From NCBI GenBank assembly GCA_964373795.1, contig CAYJVY010000009.1, forward strand, positions 30,241 to 62,240: DNA of 32,000 nucleotides, in the 5' to 3' direction. The notes under the pieces are model-generated. The model searched no databases, was not told the origin of the DNA, and worked only from the letters and a program-made list of their open reading frames with translations. Position numbers and translations under genes: made by a program. This document shows positions 1 through 8,389 of this stretch, piece by piece. Numbering within the stretch: position 1 is the first letter of the stretch; every line of letters starts with the position of its first letter. The stretch is from an uncultured archaeon. Lineage in GTDB: Archaea > Iainarchaeota > Iainarchaeia > Iainarchaeales > DATDZZ01.

Positions 1-94
1 TAACTTATTAAAAATAGTGTAGTGATTAAGACATTAATTATTTTTCTTCTAATTTTTTGTGGTGGAAACTTTTATATTAAAGTAAGCGCTAATA

Positions 95-688
95 ATGCTC
101 ATGAAATTAAATTCAATTCAAGTTTTAGTTTTAATCTTAATAGTGTTTGTTTTAGCTAGTGGGTGTGTTTTAAATCAATCTGCCTCAAAATTAACTGATT
201 CAACAGCTGGGCAACCAAAGCTTGGAACAAAAACAGAGCTTAAACTAACTAGCTCAGCATTTAATGATGGCGAATTCATTCCATTCAAGTATAGTTGTGA
301 AGGAGGAAACAATAGTCCTCCATTAGAAATTACTGGCTTGCCTCAAGAGACTAAGAGTTTGGTTTTAATAATGGACGATCCAGATGCAGTTGAAGTTGTT
401 GGATTTATTTTTAATCATTGGACTGTATTTAACATTGATCCTTCTACTACTTCAATTAAAGAAAATCAAAAATTTGGAACTCTGGGAACTACTGGGGCGA
501 ACGAAAAAGCTTATTTAGGGCCTTGTCCTCCGCCTCCTAGAACTCATACTTATTCTTTTAAGTTGTATGCTCTTGGTTCAACTTTGAGTGTTTTTGAAGG
601 CGTAACGAGAGATGAAGTTGTAAAAGCAATGCAGGGAAAAATTCTTGCACAAACAGAGTTAAAAGGTAAATATAAGAGTTCTGGGTAA
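95..688 (+). CDS. PEBP / YbhB-YbcL family protein, predicted lipoprotein
   Basis: 197-aa ORF. The hydrophobic signal peptide ends in lipobox L-A-S-G-C. Motifs LVLIMDDPDA, FNHWTVFNI and GPCPPPP..HTYSFKLYAL are typical of the prokaryotic phosphatidylethanolamine-binding (Raf-kinase-inhibitor-like) family. Confidence 0.85.
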   Translation: MLMKLNSIQVLVLILIVFVLASGCVLNQSASKLTDSTAGQPKLGTKTELKLTSSAFNDGEFIPFKYSCEGGNNSPPLEITGLPQETKSLVLIMDDPDAVEVVGFIFNHWTVFNIDPSTTSIKENQKFGTLGTTGANEKAYLGPCPPPPRTHTYSFKLYALGSTLSVFEGVTRDEVVKAMQGKILAQTELKGKYKSSG

Positions 689-712
689 ATGGCAAAAATA
701 GTGAAAAAGATT

Positions 713-1324
713 TTATTTTGCATGCCTGTTATGAGCTCTTAATGAAGGCCTGTTCTTGGATCTTTTTCTTTTAGATTTGTCTTTTAATCCTCTGGATTTT
801 TTTTGAGCTGAAGTTAAACCTCTTAAAGCTCTTTTAGTATGTTGTCTTTCAAAAACCCAGTTTAATTCTTTATCTGATCTAACTGTTGGAGCCCAAGGAT
901 CAACTAATATTACTTCAAAGTAATGATTTTTCCCATCTTCTCCAATGTAGTAAGAATTTAATACTTCCATGTTTGGATATTTTTTTTGAACTCTTTGTTC
1001 AGCTATTCCTTGAATTGACATTCTTCTAGTTAACTTGTTTACTCCCATTCTTTTAGGTCTTCGTCCCCATCTAGGTCTTCTAAATAATCCTGTTCCTTTT
1101 CTGATTCTAATTCTTGCAACAATTATTCCTTGTTTTGCTTTATAGCCAAGTTGTCTTGCTCTAGGCAAATTAGTTGGATGCTCGACTCTTACAATTGCGT
1201 TTTTTTCTTTTCGAAACCCAATTAATCTTTGCCTGTAAATTTCGGCATAATCGTATTCCTTGTCTTCAACTCCTTTAAACTCTTTTTGAAAAGTTTCTTT
1301 AATGAGTTGAGTTGCAGTATTCAT
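713..1324 (-). CDS. rpl15e: 50S ribosomal protein L15e
   Basis: 203-aa, very basic ORF. It contains YRQRLIGFRKE, RVEHPTNLPRARQLGYKAKQGIIVARIRIRKG and a Lys/Arg-rich tail, all characteristic of archaeal/eukaryotic L15e. A GGAGTGA Shine-Dalgarno lies 8 nt upstream of the ATG. Confidence 0.9.
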   Translation of the reverse strand: MNTATQLIKETFQKEFKGVEDKEYDYAEIYRQRLIGFRKEKNAIVRVEHPTNLPRARQLGYKAKQGIIVARIRIRKGTGLFRRPRWGRRPKRMGVNKLTRRMSIQGIAEQRVQKKYPNMEVLNSYYIGEDGKNHYFEVILVDPWAPTVRSDKELNWVFERQHTKRALRGLTSAQKKSRGLKDKSKRKRSKNRPSLRAHNRHAK

Positions 1325-1458
1325 TCAAAATTCACTCCAAAAAATCGAACAATAAATCTGGTTACATTTTAACATTTAATTAATAATTATTTGTTGAAAG
1401 CAATACTTTAAAAGCCTTGTTTCAAAAGCAATTTCTACATAATTTTTTTAATTCATTT

Positions 1459-2172
1459 TTATTTTTTTAATAATACTTTTAATGAAAATATGTGTAAGAG
1501 AATTGATAATGGCACGGCAAAAGCTGGAACCATTACAAGTGGAAAAGCTGTAACTAATTTGTTTTGGTTATTTAACGCCAAGACTTGAATTGCGCTTGGA
1601 CTAGTTAAAATTCCTAAAGTTAAAGCCAATAACAAGTCTGCTATTCCAAGATAATTCCATGCAATTGCAATTTCTCTTGCAAATATTTTTTTCTTTAAAT
1701 ACATGAATGCAATTATTGGAGCTGTAAATCCCACAATTATATCTCCAACCCCTGTAGGAATTGCAAATTCTCCTGGCAGTAATCCTTGCAAGTAAAGTGT
1801 TATGAAAATAATTCCTAGTAAGCGATATACCTGAATTACAATAATCCAATGAGTTGGAATTACTTCAACGATTTTTTTAAAATCCTCTGAATATTTCAGT
1901 AAAATCAATCCAACAATTATTGGCAAAAAAATTAATACAATGTTTGGAATTGCCCAAGCAGTTGGATTAGGAATAAAGAAATCATTTAATCCTAAAAATA
2001 CTGCTAAAAAAAACCAGATAATTAATGCAAATCCTATAAATAGTGGAAGCAATTTATTTTTCAACTTTATTTGATTTGAAACTAAATGCAATCCAATTAG
2101 CATTGCTAAAAGCGTTAAAAAATTCACGCCCAAATTTAAAGCAATTTCAATGAAAGATATTTCTGTTGCCAT
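1459..2172 (-). CDS. polytopic integral membrane protein, family not recognised
   Basis: 237-aa ORF composed almost entirely of hydrophobic helices (about 7-8 TM segments by eye). I could not assign any catalytic motif. Confidence 0.55.
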   Translation of the reverse strand: MATEISFIEIALNLGVNFLTLLAMLIGLHLVSNQIKLKNKLLPLFIGFALIIWFFLAVFLGLNDFFIPNPTAWAIPNIVLIFLPIIVGLILLKYSEDFKKIVEVIPTHWIIVIQVYRLLGIIFITLYLQGLLPGEFAIPTGVGDIIVGFTAPIIAFMYLKKKIFAREIAIAWNYLGIADLLLALTLGILTSPSAIQVLALNNQNKLVTAFPLVMVPAFAVPLSILLHIFSLKVLLKK

Positions 2173-2232
2173 ATTTTTACTTAAATGAAATGCATGGAAT
2201 GCTTTAAATCCTTTTCATAGATTATTTTTTTA

Positions 2233-3249
2233 ATGATTCAAATTCAAAACAAGAGTTCATGCGATTTATGTCCTGAAAAAAAAGCAATTACTTTAACTTA
2301 TGGTCCACACAATTTTTGTGAAAAACATTTTATTTACTTTTTTGAAAGAAGAGTTAAACGAACCGTTCGCCAGTATAATATGATTAGTAAATCAGATGTA
2401 GTTGCAATAGGTGTTTCAGGAGGCAAGGACTCTGTTGCAGTATTGCATTTGCTTTCAGACATTGTTGGGAAAAGAAATAAATTGTTTGGAATTTCAGTTG
2501 ATGAAGGAATTAAAGGTTATAGAGATTTAGCTCTTGAAGAAGCTAAAAAAAATTACAAGGAATTAGGAATTGATTTTGTAACTGTTTCTTATGAAGAAAA
2601 ATTCGGAACAAACATGGTTGAGGTAGTTAAAGAAATTCATTCAAATGAATTGCCTCAAAAGAGTTGCAGTTTTTGTGGAGTTTTTCGGAGAAGAAGTTTA
2701 AATGATGCAGCAATTGAATTTGGGGCTTCAAAGCTTGCAACAGGACATAACTTGGACGATGAAGTGCAAAGCATTTGCATGAATATTTTTGAAAATGATT
2801 TGGAAAGACTTGCAAGGCTTGGTCCTGTAACTGATTCAAAAATTGATGGATTAATTCCAAGAATTAAACCTTTATATTCTTCTCCTGAAATGGAGATTCC
2901 AGTTTATGCTATGATGAAAAATTATCCTTTTTACATGGAGGAATGTTGTCCTTTTTCAAGCCAAGCTAAAAGAAATCATTTCAGGGAAATGCTGAATAAA
3001 ATGGAGGCTTCCTTGCCTGGAACAAAATACTCTATTTTAAATTCTTTTTTTAGAATGAAACCCTTACTAAACTCATTTAAATCTGAAGGAAAATTAAAAG
3101 AATGCATTAAGTGTGCGGCAATCTCCGCTGGAGAAAAATGTCAAGCCTGTTTAATGCTTGAAAAACTTGGATTAAAAGCTAATTACATTAAAACAAATTT
3201 AGGAAATAATAATTTTCAGAAAGCTGAAAACCTATTTGTAGAAAATTAA
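2233..3249 (+). CDS. tRNA 2-thiolation PP-loop ATPase (TtuA / NcsA-Ctu1 family)
   Basis: PP-loop SGGKDS in AIGVSGGKDSVAVLHLL, then ATGHNLDDEVQS. An N-terminal CxxC...CxxH and a C-terminal CxxC...CxxC zinc-finger pair flank the ATP-pyrophosphatase core, as in tRNA 2-thiouridine synthetases. Confidence 0.8.
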   Translation: MIQIQNKSSCDLCPEKKAITLTYGPHNFCEKHFIYFFERRVKRTVRQYNMISKSDVVAIGVSGGKDSVAVLHLLSDIVGKRNKLFGISVDEGIKGYRDLALEEAKKNYKELGIDFVTVSYEEKFGTNMVEVVKEIHSNELPQKSCSFCGVFRRRSLNDAAIEFGASKLATGHNLDDEVQSICMNIFENDLERLARLGPVTDSKIDGLIPRIKPLYSSPEMEIPVYAMMKNYPFYMEECCPFSSQAKRNHFREMLNKMEASLPGTKYSILNSFFRMKPLLNSFKSEGKLKECIKCAAISAGEKCQACLMLEKLGLKANYIKTNLGNNNFQKAENLFVEN

Positions 3250-3273
3250 TCTTTCAATTTTAGGTGAAATAAA

Positions 3274-4443
3274 ATGCCATTGAAATTAGTTAAACATTAT
3301 CCTCTTACTTCAAATGTTTTATTGTTGTCTTTCATTGGATTGTTTTTTGGTTTAGGTGGAGGATTTGTTGAATCAATTTGGGCTGTTTATTTGAAGGGAT
3401 TTGTTTCAACTAACTCTGAAGTTGGATTTATTACTACTTTTGGATCTATTGTTGCATTGCTTTCTCTTTTCTTTTTAGTTCCACTTCTTGAAAAAAAAGG
3501 TGAAGCAAGTTTGTTCAAAATATTCATGTTAATTAATTCAATTCTTTTAGTATTTTTTTATTTTATTAATCAATTTATTTTTTTCTTAATTCCTTACATT
3601 ATTTTGATTATTGTTTCAAATGGATGGATTTTAAGCTTTCATATTACTTTAAGAAATTTTTCTTCAAAATCCAAGGTTGGAACTGTTTACGGAGAATATC
3701 TTACTTTTAATAATTTGGGGTGGATTATTGCTCCTTTACTTGTTTCAAGTATAATTGTTTTTTTTGGTTTTAAAGAAGTTTTTTTAATTGCCGCTTTTTT
3801 GTATTTTTTATCTGCAGTTGTTTTTGTATTTATTCCTAAACAAAAAAATTCTTCTGTGCGAAAAATTGATGTAAATATTTTTAAAAATTTAAAAGATTTT
3901 TTTCAACATAAAGGTTATGCAAAAGGGTTTATTATTTCATTTTTCTATCGTTTTTGGCTTACCTTGATTTGGGTATATGTTCCTTTATTCATACTGGATT
4001 TGGGTGGAACAATTGAATTGATTGTAGTAACTTTAGGCCTATTTTTTGTTCCATATGTATTGATTGAATATTTTGTTGGAAAAATTGCTGATAAAAAAGG
4101 TTTAAAGCTTTTTTTTATTTCAGGTTTTTTTATTTTTGCTTTATTCTCTGCCTTAATTTTTGTTTTTTACGATTTAAAATTATTGCCTTGGCTAGTAATT
4201 TTAAGTGGGTTTGGAGGTGCAATGATTGAACCATTACTTGGCCCTTATTTTTTTAAGGTTTCGGAAAAAAAAGAATCAGATCATTTTTATCCAATTTATT
4301 TTTCTGCTCAAGAACTGGGGAGACTTTTTTCAAGGATTTCAATTGCATTGTTGTTGCTTTTTCTTCCAATTCAGTTTTCTTTTTTGTTTTCAGCATTTAT
4401 TTTACTTATTGCCACTGTTTTTTCTTTTTCATTAGAGGTTTGA
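3274..4443 (+). CDS. MFS-type transporter
   Basis: 389 aa with about 12 hydrophobic helices in a 6+6 arrangement. Motif-A-like loops PLLEKKGEA and GKIADKKGLK follow TM2 and TM8. A GGTGA Shine-Dalgarno precedes the ATG. Confidence 0.65.
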   Translation: MPLKLVKHYPLTSNVLLLSFIGLFFGLGGGFVESIWAVYLKGFVSTNSEVGFITTFGSIVALLSLFFLVPLLEKKGEASLFKIFMLINSILLVFFYFINQFIFFLIPYIILIIVSNGWILSFHITLRNFSSKSKVGTVYGEYLTFNNLGWIIAPLLVSSIIVFFGFKEVFLIAAFLYFLSAVVFVFIPKQKNSSVRKIDVNIFKNLKDFFQHKGYAKGFIISFFYRFWLTLIWVYVPLFILDLGGTIELIVVTLGLFFVPYVLIEYFVGKIADKKGLKLFFISGFFIFALFSALIFVFYDLKLLPWLVILSGFGGAMIEPLLGPYFFKVSEKKESDHFYPIYFSAQELGRLFSRISIALLLLFLPIQFSFLFSAFILLIATVFSFSLEV

Positions 4444-4460
4444 ATAGATATTTAATATTT

Positions 4461-6416
4461 TTATTTGGTTTCTAATTTTTTTATTTTTTTTTCTAATTCG
4501 TTCATTGTGTTAACTTTTTTTTCTAAACCACTTAAAATTGATTCAATGTGTTCTTCAAAGTCTTCTTCTATTTTCTTTAAATCAAGCGACTTTTTTTTCA
4601 GCATTGAAACAGAGTCATCAATCATTACTTTTTGTTTTAAAACCTCTTTTTTAATTTCTTCAACTTTTTTATCTACTGGATCTAATTTTTTCTTTACAAT
4701 TGAGTCGAATTCGTCTTTGAATTTTTCAAGTGACTGCATTTCTTGAAGTAATCTATCTATGTCGAGTTTTTCTAGAGCCATGTCTTTGAATTTTTTTAAT
4801 TCTTCTGGGCTTGCAGCTTTTCTTGTAGAAGCGTTCTCTTCAATTGCTTTATTCATTTCAATTTTCATTTCTTCAAATTTTAGTTTCATTAAATCTTCAA
4901 TGTACTTTCCCATTATTGTTTCATCAATTGATTTTCCTATTTCATCTATTGCATCCATTTTTCTTTTCACTTGGTTATCCCATTCTTTTAACTTTAAGGA
5001 AATGATATCATTTATTTGGTTTTCAATTCTTGTTAAATCAAGTGATTCTTGTAATTTAATTAATTCTTCTGTTTTCAAATCAATTCTTGTTTCTAATTCA
5101 ACTATTCTGTTTTCATTTGATTGTTCAATGTCGTATAATTTTTTGTCTGCTATTTGGTTTATTTTTTGTTCAATTTTTTCTGGAGTAATTGTTTCTTTTA
5201 ATTGTCTTAATTCATCTAATCTGTGTTTTAGTTCTTGTGAAAGATTTCCAACGCTTTCAGAAACCATTGATTTAACTTTTTCGTCAACAGTTCTTGGAGT
5301 TAATCCTTGGTTTAATTCTTTTAATTGAGTTAAATAGTCTTCAACTCTTCTAGTTATTTCTGCATTTTTTAAATTAATGCTTTCCTGAATTTTTTTATTT
5401 ACTTCTTCAGGGTTTAAAGTTATTTCAATTTCTTTTGCTTTTTCAATGTTTCTTGAAACAATTTCATCCATTTCTTTTGTTTTGTCTGAAATTATTCTGT
5501 CAATTCTTTGTCCAACTTTTTCTGGGTCTACTTTTGTTTCAAGTAATTCAAGTGAGTCAAGTTCTTTTTTTACTTGTTGTTCTAGTTCTTGAATTTTTTC
5601 ACTTAATGCGAGTTCAACTTTTTCTTCAGTTCTTTTAACCAAGCTTTGAGCAACTGTATGCTCTAATTCTAATGCGCGGCTTACAGCTTCTTCTAATTGA
5701 ATGCTTTTTTGTTTCATGTCTTCTATTGCGCCATTCATTTTGTCTTCTAAATCAGTTTTTTCTTTTTCTAAACTAGTTATATTTGTTGTAACCTCTGTTA
5801 ACAATTCTTTTACTGTTCCTTGTTTTGCGTCAAGCTTTGCTAAATCTCCTTGCACTTTTAAATTTAATTGCTTTGCTTCTTCTAATGCGCTTATAACTTG
5901 TTTTTCGAATTGAGTTGTTTTTGTTTCAAGAACTGTGTTAATCTTGCTTGCCATTAATTCTTTTCTGGATTCAAATAATGCAGTAATTTTTCTTGATTCA
6001 CTGTCAAATAAATCCACTATTCTTTTTTTTTCTAACTCCATTGAATTTGTTACTTTTTCTTCAATTATTGAATCAATGTCTTCTTTTAATTGCTTCATTT
6101 CTTTTAATTTTTCATTCATTGCCCCTAAAATTTCTGAACTCCACATAGTGCCTCTGTCAACTGAAGGTGCTTGCACGCCAGGCCTTGAAGTAGGCTCTGT
6201 AGTAATTCCTAAATCAATTTTTGGTTTAGTAAAAGTAGTTCCTGTTTCAACTGGCTTTGAAGGATGTCGTTCGTTTTTCACTTGTTCAACTAATTTTTTT
6301 GCTTCAGCTCGAGAAAGATATGAACTTAATTTATCAATTATCTCATTATCTGTAACCCCTAAATCCATTAAACGTCTAATAGTATTTAGATAAACTTCAG
6401 TAGTTGTATCAGGCAT
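4461..6416 (-). CDS. 651-aa Lys/Glu-rich coiled-coil repeat protein, unknown function
   Basis: Long ORF with a small N-terminal helical domain and a Pro/Thr-rich linker. The following ~500 aa are heptad-rich sequence with a recurring ~38-aa unit starting (D/N/T/S)PE(K/E)(V/I/L), e.g. DPEKVGQRIDRI, NPEEVNKKIQES, TPEKIEQKINQI, SPEELKKFKDMA. No TM segment and no nucleotide-binding motif seen. Confidence 0.7.
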   Translation of the reverse strand: MPDTTTEVYLNTIRRLMDLGVTDNEIIDKLSSYLSRAEAKKLVEQVKNERHPSKPVETGTTFTKPKIDLGITTEPTSRPGVQAPSVDRGTMWSSEILGAMNEKLKEMKQLKEDIDSIIEEKVTNSMELEKKRIVDLFDSESRKITALFESRKELMASKINTVLETKTTQFEKQVISALEEAKQLNLKVQGDLAKLDAKQGTVKELLTEVTTNITSLEKEKTDLEDKMNGAIEDMKQKSIQLEEAVSRALELEHTVAQSLVKRTEEKVELALSEKIQELEQQVKKELDSLELLETKVDPEKVGQRIDRIISDKTKEMDEIVSRNIEKAKEIEITLNPEEVNKKIQESINLKNAEITRRVEDYLTQLKELNQGLTPRTVDEKVKSMVSESVGNLSQELKHRLDELRQLKETITPEKIEQKINQIADKKLYDIEQSNENRIVELETRIDLKTEELIKLQESLDLTRIENQINDIISLKLKEWDNQVKRKMDAIDEIGKSIDETIMGKYIEDLMKLKFEEMKIEMNKAIEENASTRKAASPEELKKFKDMALEKLDIDRLLQEMQSLEKFKDEFDSIVKKKLDPVDKKVEEIKKEVLKQKVMIDDSVSMLKKKSLDLKKIEEDFEEHIESILSGLEKKVNTMNELEKKIKKLETK

Positions 6417-6479
6417 TTAATTCACTGAAAAATTAACTCATTTCGTATATTTAAACCCTGCGCCGTAAAATTAAATTCT

Positions 6480-6716
6480 GCCCTTTGCCGTCTTGTGCAG
6501 TTAGCATGAATCGTTTGGCTGGTTGGGCATATGCTCATGTGAGCATTCAGCTTCAAGGAAGCTTTTAGAAAAAGCTTCAGCAAAAGTTTTTGCCACAATT
6601 CAAATCAAAGATTTGAATGTGCATTCAAATACAAAGTATTTGAATTGCAACTTTTTTCCAAAAAGTTGGCTGAACCTTGCACGGCTGAACTGCGAAGAAA
6701 AGCTGGCAAAAGAAAG
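6480..6716. ncRNA. candidate structured RNA, class and strand unresolved
   Basis: The spacer is visibly GC-enriched relative to its surroundings. A long-range helix pairs 6483-6505 (ctttgccgtcttgtgcagttagc) with 6685-6713 (gctgaactgcgaagaaaagctggcaaaag). It encloses at least five stem-loops of 6-10 bp: 6531-6546, 6558-6578, 6598-6618, 6621-6648 and 6648-6668. A TATA-like tatatttaaa lies at 6444-6453. Confidence 0.35.
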
Positions 6717-6776
6717 AAAAAGAAAGTTGTCGCGCTCGGTGAGCAACTGATTTAATGAATTCGAGTTGTTTCGCTG

Positions 6777-7004
6777 TTAGAGTGAGACTAGTATTACGTT
6801 GTCTCCTCTTAAAACTATTTTTCCGTATTTTTTTTTGACTTCATTGTTTTCAAGTAAGTCTGCTTGATGGAGTATTAGGTTCATGTGTACATCGAATGCT
6901 TTTAGTGTTCCTCTTATTTGTCTTTCTCCTTTTAATTCAATTAGCACTGTTTTTCCAATTGAATCGCTTAAAAAATCAAATGGCCTTGATTGATCGGTTG
7001 TCAT
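6777..7004 (-). CDS. Sm-like archaeal protein (LSm/SmAP)
   Basis: 75 aa. Sm1 motif is KTVLIELKGERQIRGTLKAFDVHMNLIL and Sm2 motif is IVLRGDNVILVS. Confidence 0.85.
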   Translation of the reverse strand: MTTDQSRPFDFLSDSIGKTVLIELKGERQIRGTLKAFDVHMNLILHQADLLENNEVKKKYGKIVLRGDNVILVSL

Positions 7005-7016
7005 GTTTTCTCTCCT

Positions 7017-7877
7017 TTATTTTTTTTTAAAAAATGAAATTATTTTTTCAATTAAACCCATTTTTTTTGTTTCATTAGAACTTTGTGGAGTGCTTTGAGG
7101 TTGATCGCTTGAAGGCGTTTTTTTGAATAATCCTAGAAATCCTGTTTCTTGTTCTATTTTAACTTCTCTTCCAGTAAGTTTTTTAACTGTTTGGAAAATT
7201 GCTGTTGAAGCAATTGTTGAAGGTTTTCTTAGAATTACTGGTTGAACTCTTTCTTGTAGAAATGTTTTTCTTACTTCGTCGTCGAAAGGGATTACTCCGT
7301 AAATTGGTAGTTCAAGCATTTTGCTTACATCTATTTCGTTTATTTCTCCTTTTTCAAATCTTGCAAAATTTATTATTACTCCTAGTGGTTTGTTTCCTAG
7401 TCTTAGGCAAACTTTTTTTGTTTTAATTAAATCAGCTATTGCTGGAGAAATAGGCATTGTAATTAGTAAAGAGGTTTCTGCTGCTGAAATTGAAGCCATT
7501 ACGTCTTTTCCTATTCCTGCAGGACCGTCTAATAAAATGAAGTCAAATTGTTTTTTAATTGAAGAAATAACGTCAACTAGTTTTTCTGAGTCAACTCTTC
7601 TATATGAATCAAGACTTAAACCGCTTGGAATGAATTTAGTGTTTGCAGGGCCATCATATATTGCGTCTTCAATTACTGCTTCTTCTAATAATACATCGTG
7701 TAAAGTAATTGGAGAGGATTGCATTCCGAGCAAGAGTGAAAGATTTGCCATTGCAATATCTGTGTCAATCATGCATATATTAAATCCTGCTTTGGATAAA
7801 GCTATTCCGAGGTTTGCTACTAGAAAAGTTTTTCCTACTCCTCCTTTTCCTGAAACAAATGAAATTGTTTTACCCAT
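7017..7877 (-). CDS. minD: MinD/ParA-family P-loop ATPase with C-terminal amphipathic helix
   Basis: Deviant Walker A SGKGGVGKTF, switch regions MIDTDIAMANL and ILLDGPAGIG. A Ser/Pro/Gln-rich linker is followed by the terminal sequence KKMGLIEKIISFFKKK, a membrane-targeting-sequence-like amphipathic helix. Confidence 0.85.
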   Translation of the reverse strand: MGKTISFVSGKGGVGKTFLVANLGIALSKAGFNICMIDTDIAMANLSLLLGMQSSPITLHDVLLEEAVIEDAIYDGPANTKFIPSGLSLDSYRRVDSEKLVDVISSIKKQFDFILLDGPAGIGKDVMASISAAETSLLITMPISPAIADLIKTKKVCLRLGNKPLGVIINFARFEKGEINEIDVSKMLELPIYGVIPFDDEVRKTFLQERVQPVILRKPSTIASTAIFQTVKKLTGREVKIEQETGFLGLFKKTPSSDQPQSTPQSSNETKKMGLIEKIISFFKKK

Positions 7878-7898
7878 GTTACATCAATATTGTTTAAA

Positions 7899-8231
7899 TT
7901 AATTTAATATTTTTTGTTTTGAGTTTTTTTGTAAAAATATTTCTATTTCTTTTGCAATTGATTCTAGTTCGCATTTCGCTAAATCGCTTGCAGCTGTTAT
8001 AATGTAAATTTTTTCATTCCATGGAATTAGCATTTTCCATGAATGTGATTTAATTAAAACTATTTCTGATTTAGGCATTTCGGAATTAATGTAATTAAAT
8101 AATGCTGTTCCACTTAAAGCGTCTTTTTGTCCAGACCCATTACTTGAAGCTAATGCAGATCCATTTAAGTTTGAAATAGTAATTGATTCAACCAAGTGTT
8201 TTTTTTGTAACTCGTTTAGAAATTGTTTCAA
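7899..8231 (-). CDS. Roadblock/LC7 (MglB-like) domain protein; true start probably further upstream
   Basis: 110-aa ORF from a TTG. ITISNLNGSALASSNGSGQKDALSGTALFNYI followed by a strand-helix pattern fits the Roadblock/LC7 fold. The frame stays open for 47 more codons upstream, to 8372, without any ATG/GTG/TTG (see finding). Confidence 0.6.
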   Translation of the reverse strand: MKQFLNELQKKHLVESITISNLNGSALASSNGSGQKDALSGTALFNYINSEMPKSEIVLIKSHSWKMLIPWNEKIYIITAASDLAKCELESIAKEIEIFLQKNSKQKILN

Positions 8232-8389
8232 GTCATCGGTTTCTAAATCAAAATAAGTTCTTTGACTGTAATCCCATAATAATTCAAATTGTTCTCTTGG
8301 AATTTGAGTATCATCTAAGTCTAAAATTTTTTCGGCAAGATGCCTAAATTTCTCTGCAAGCCTTGAAAATATGTTTTATCACCTTTTAT

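Noticed and set aside
1601-1849. Nested or alternative-frame ORFs such as 1601..1849, 2627..2860, 4226..4435, 11125..11541, 21794..22102 and 25356..25625
   Set aside because: Each lies wholly inside a longer ORF with recognisable domain or membrane architecture. None has an SD or a domain signature.
4465-6393. Series of plus-strand ORFs (93, 189, 67, 70 and 152 aa) antisense to the 651-aa coiled-coil gene
   Set aside because: They are Phe/Ser/Leu-rich mirror images of GAA/AAA/AAG-rich codons. They have no SD and no recognisable domains, and the minus-strand frame is one uninterrupted 651-codon ORF.
6523-6750. 75-aa plus-strand ORF inside the GC-enriched spacer
   Set aside because: It has a TTG start without an SD and lies on the opposite strand to all neighbours. 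It runs straight through consecutive perfect stem-loops. A structured RNA is the more economical explanation.
6440-6770. Assigning the structured spacer to SRP RNA or RNase P RNA
   Set aside because: Size and context are compatible. However, I found neither the RNase P CR-I-type GGAAAGUCC motif nor an SRP helix-8-like GNAR tetraloop followed by AGCA on either strand. I therefore leave it unclassified rather than name it.
7321-7902. 193-aa plus-strand ORF covering most of the MinD locus
   Set aside because: The minus-strand frame carries unambiguous MinD/ParA motifs (deviant Walker A, switch I/II). The antisense product is low-complexity Ser/Ile/Phe-rich with no motif. It is a shadow ORF.
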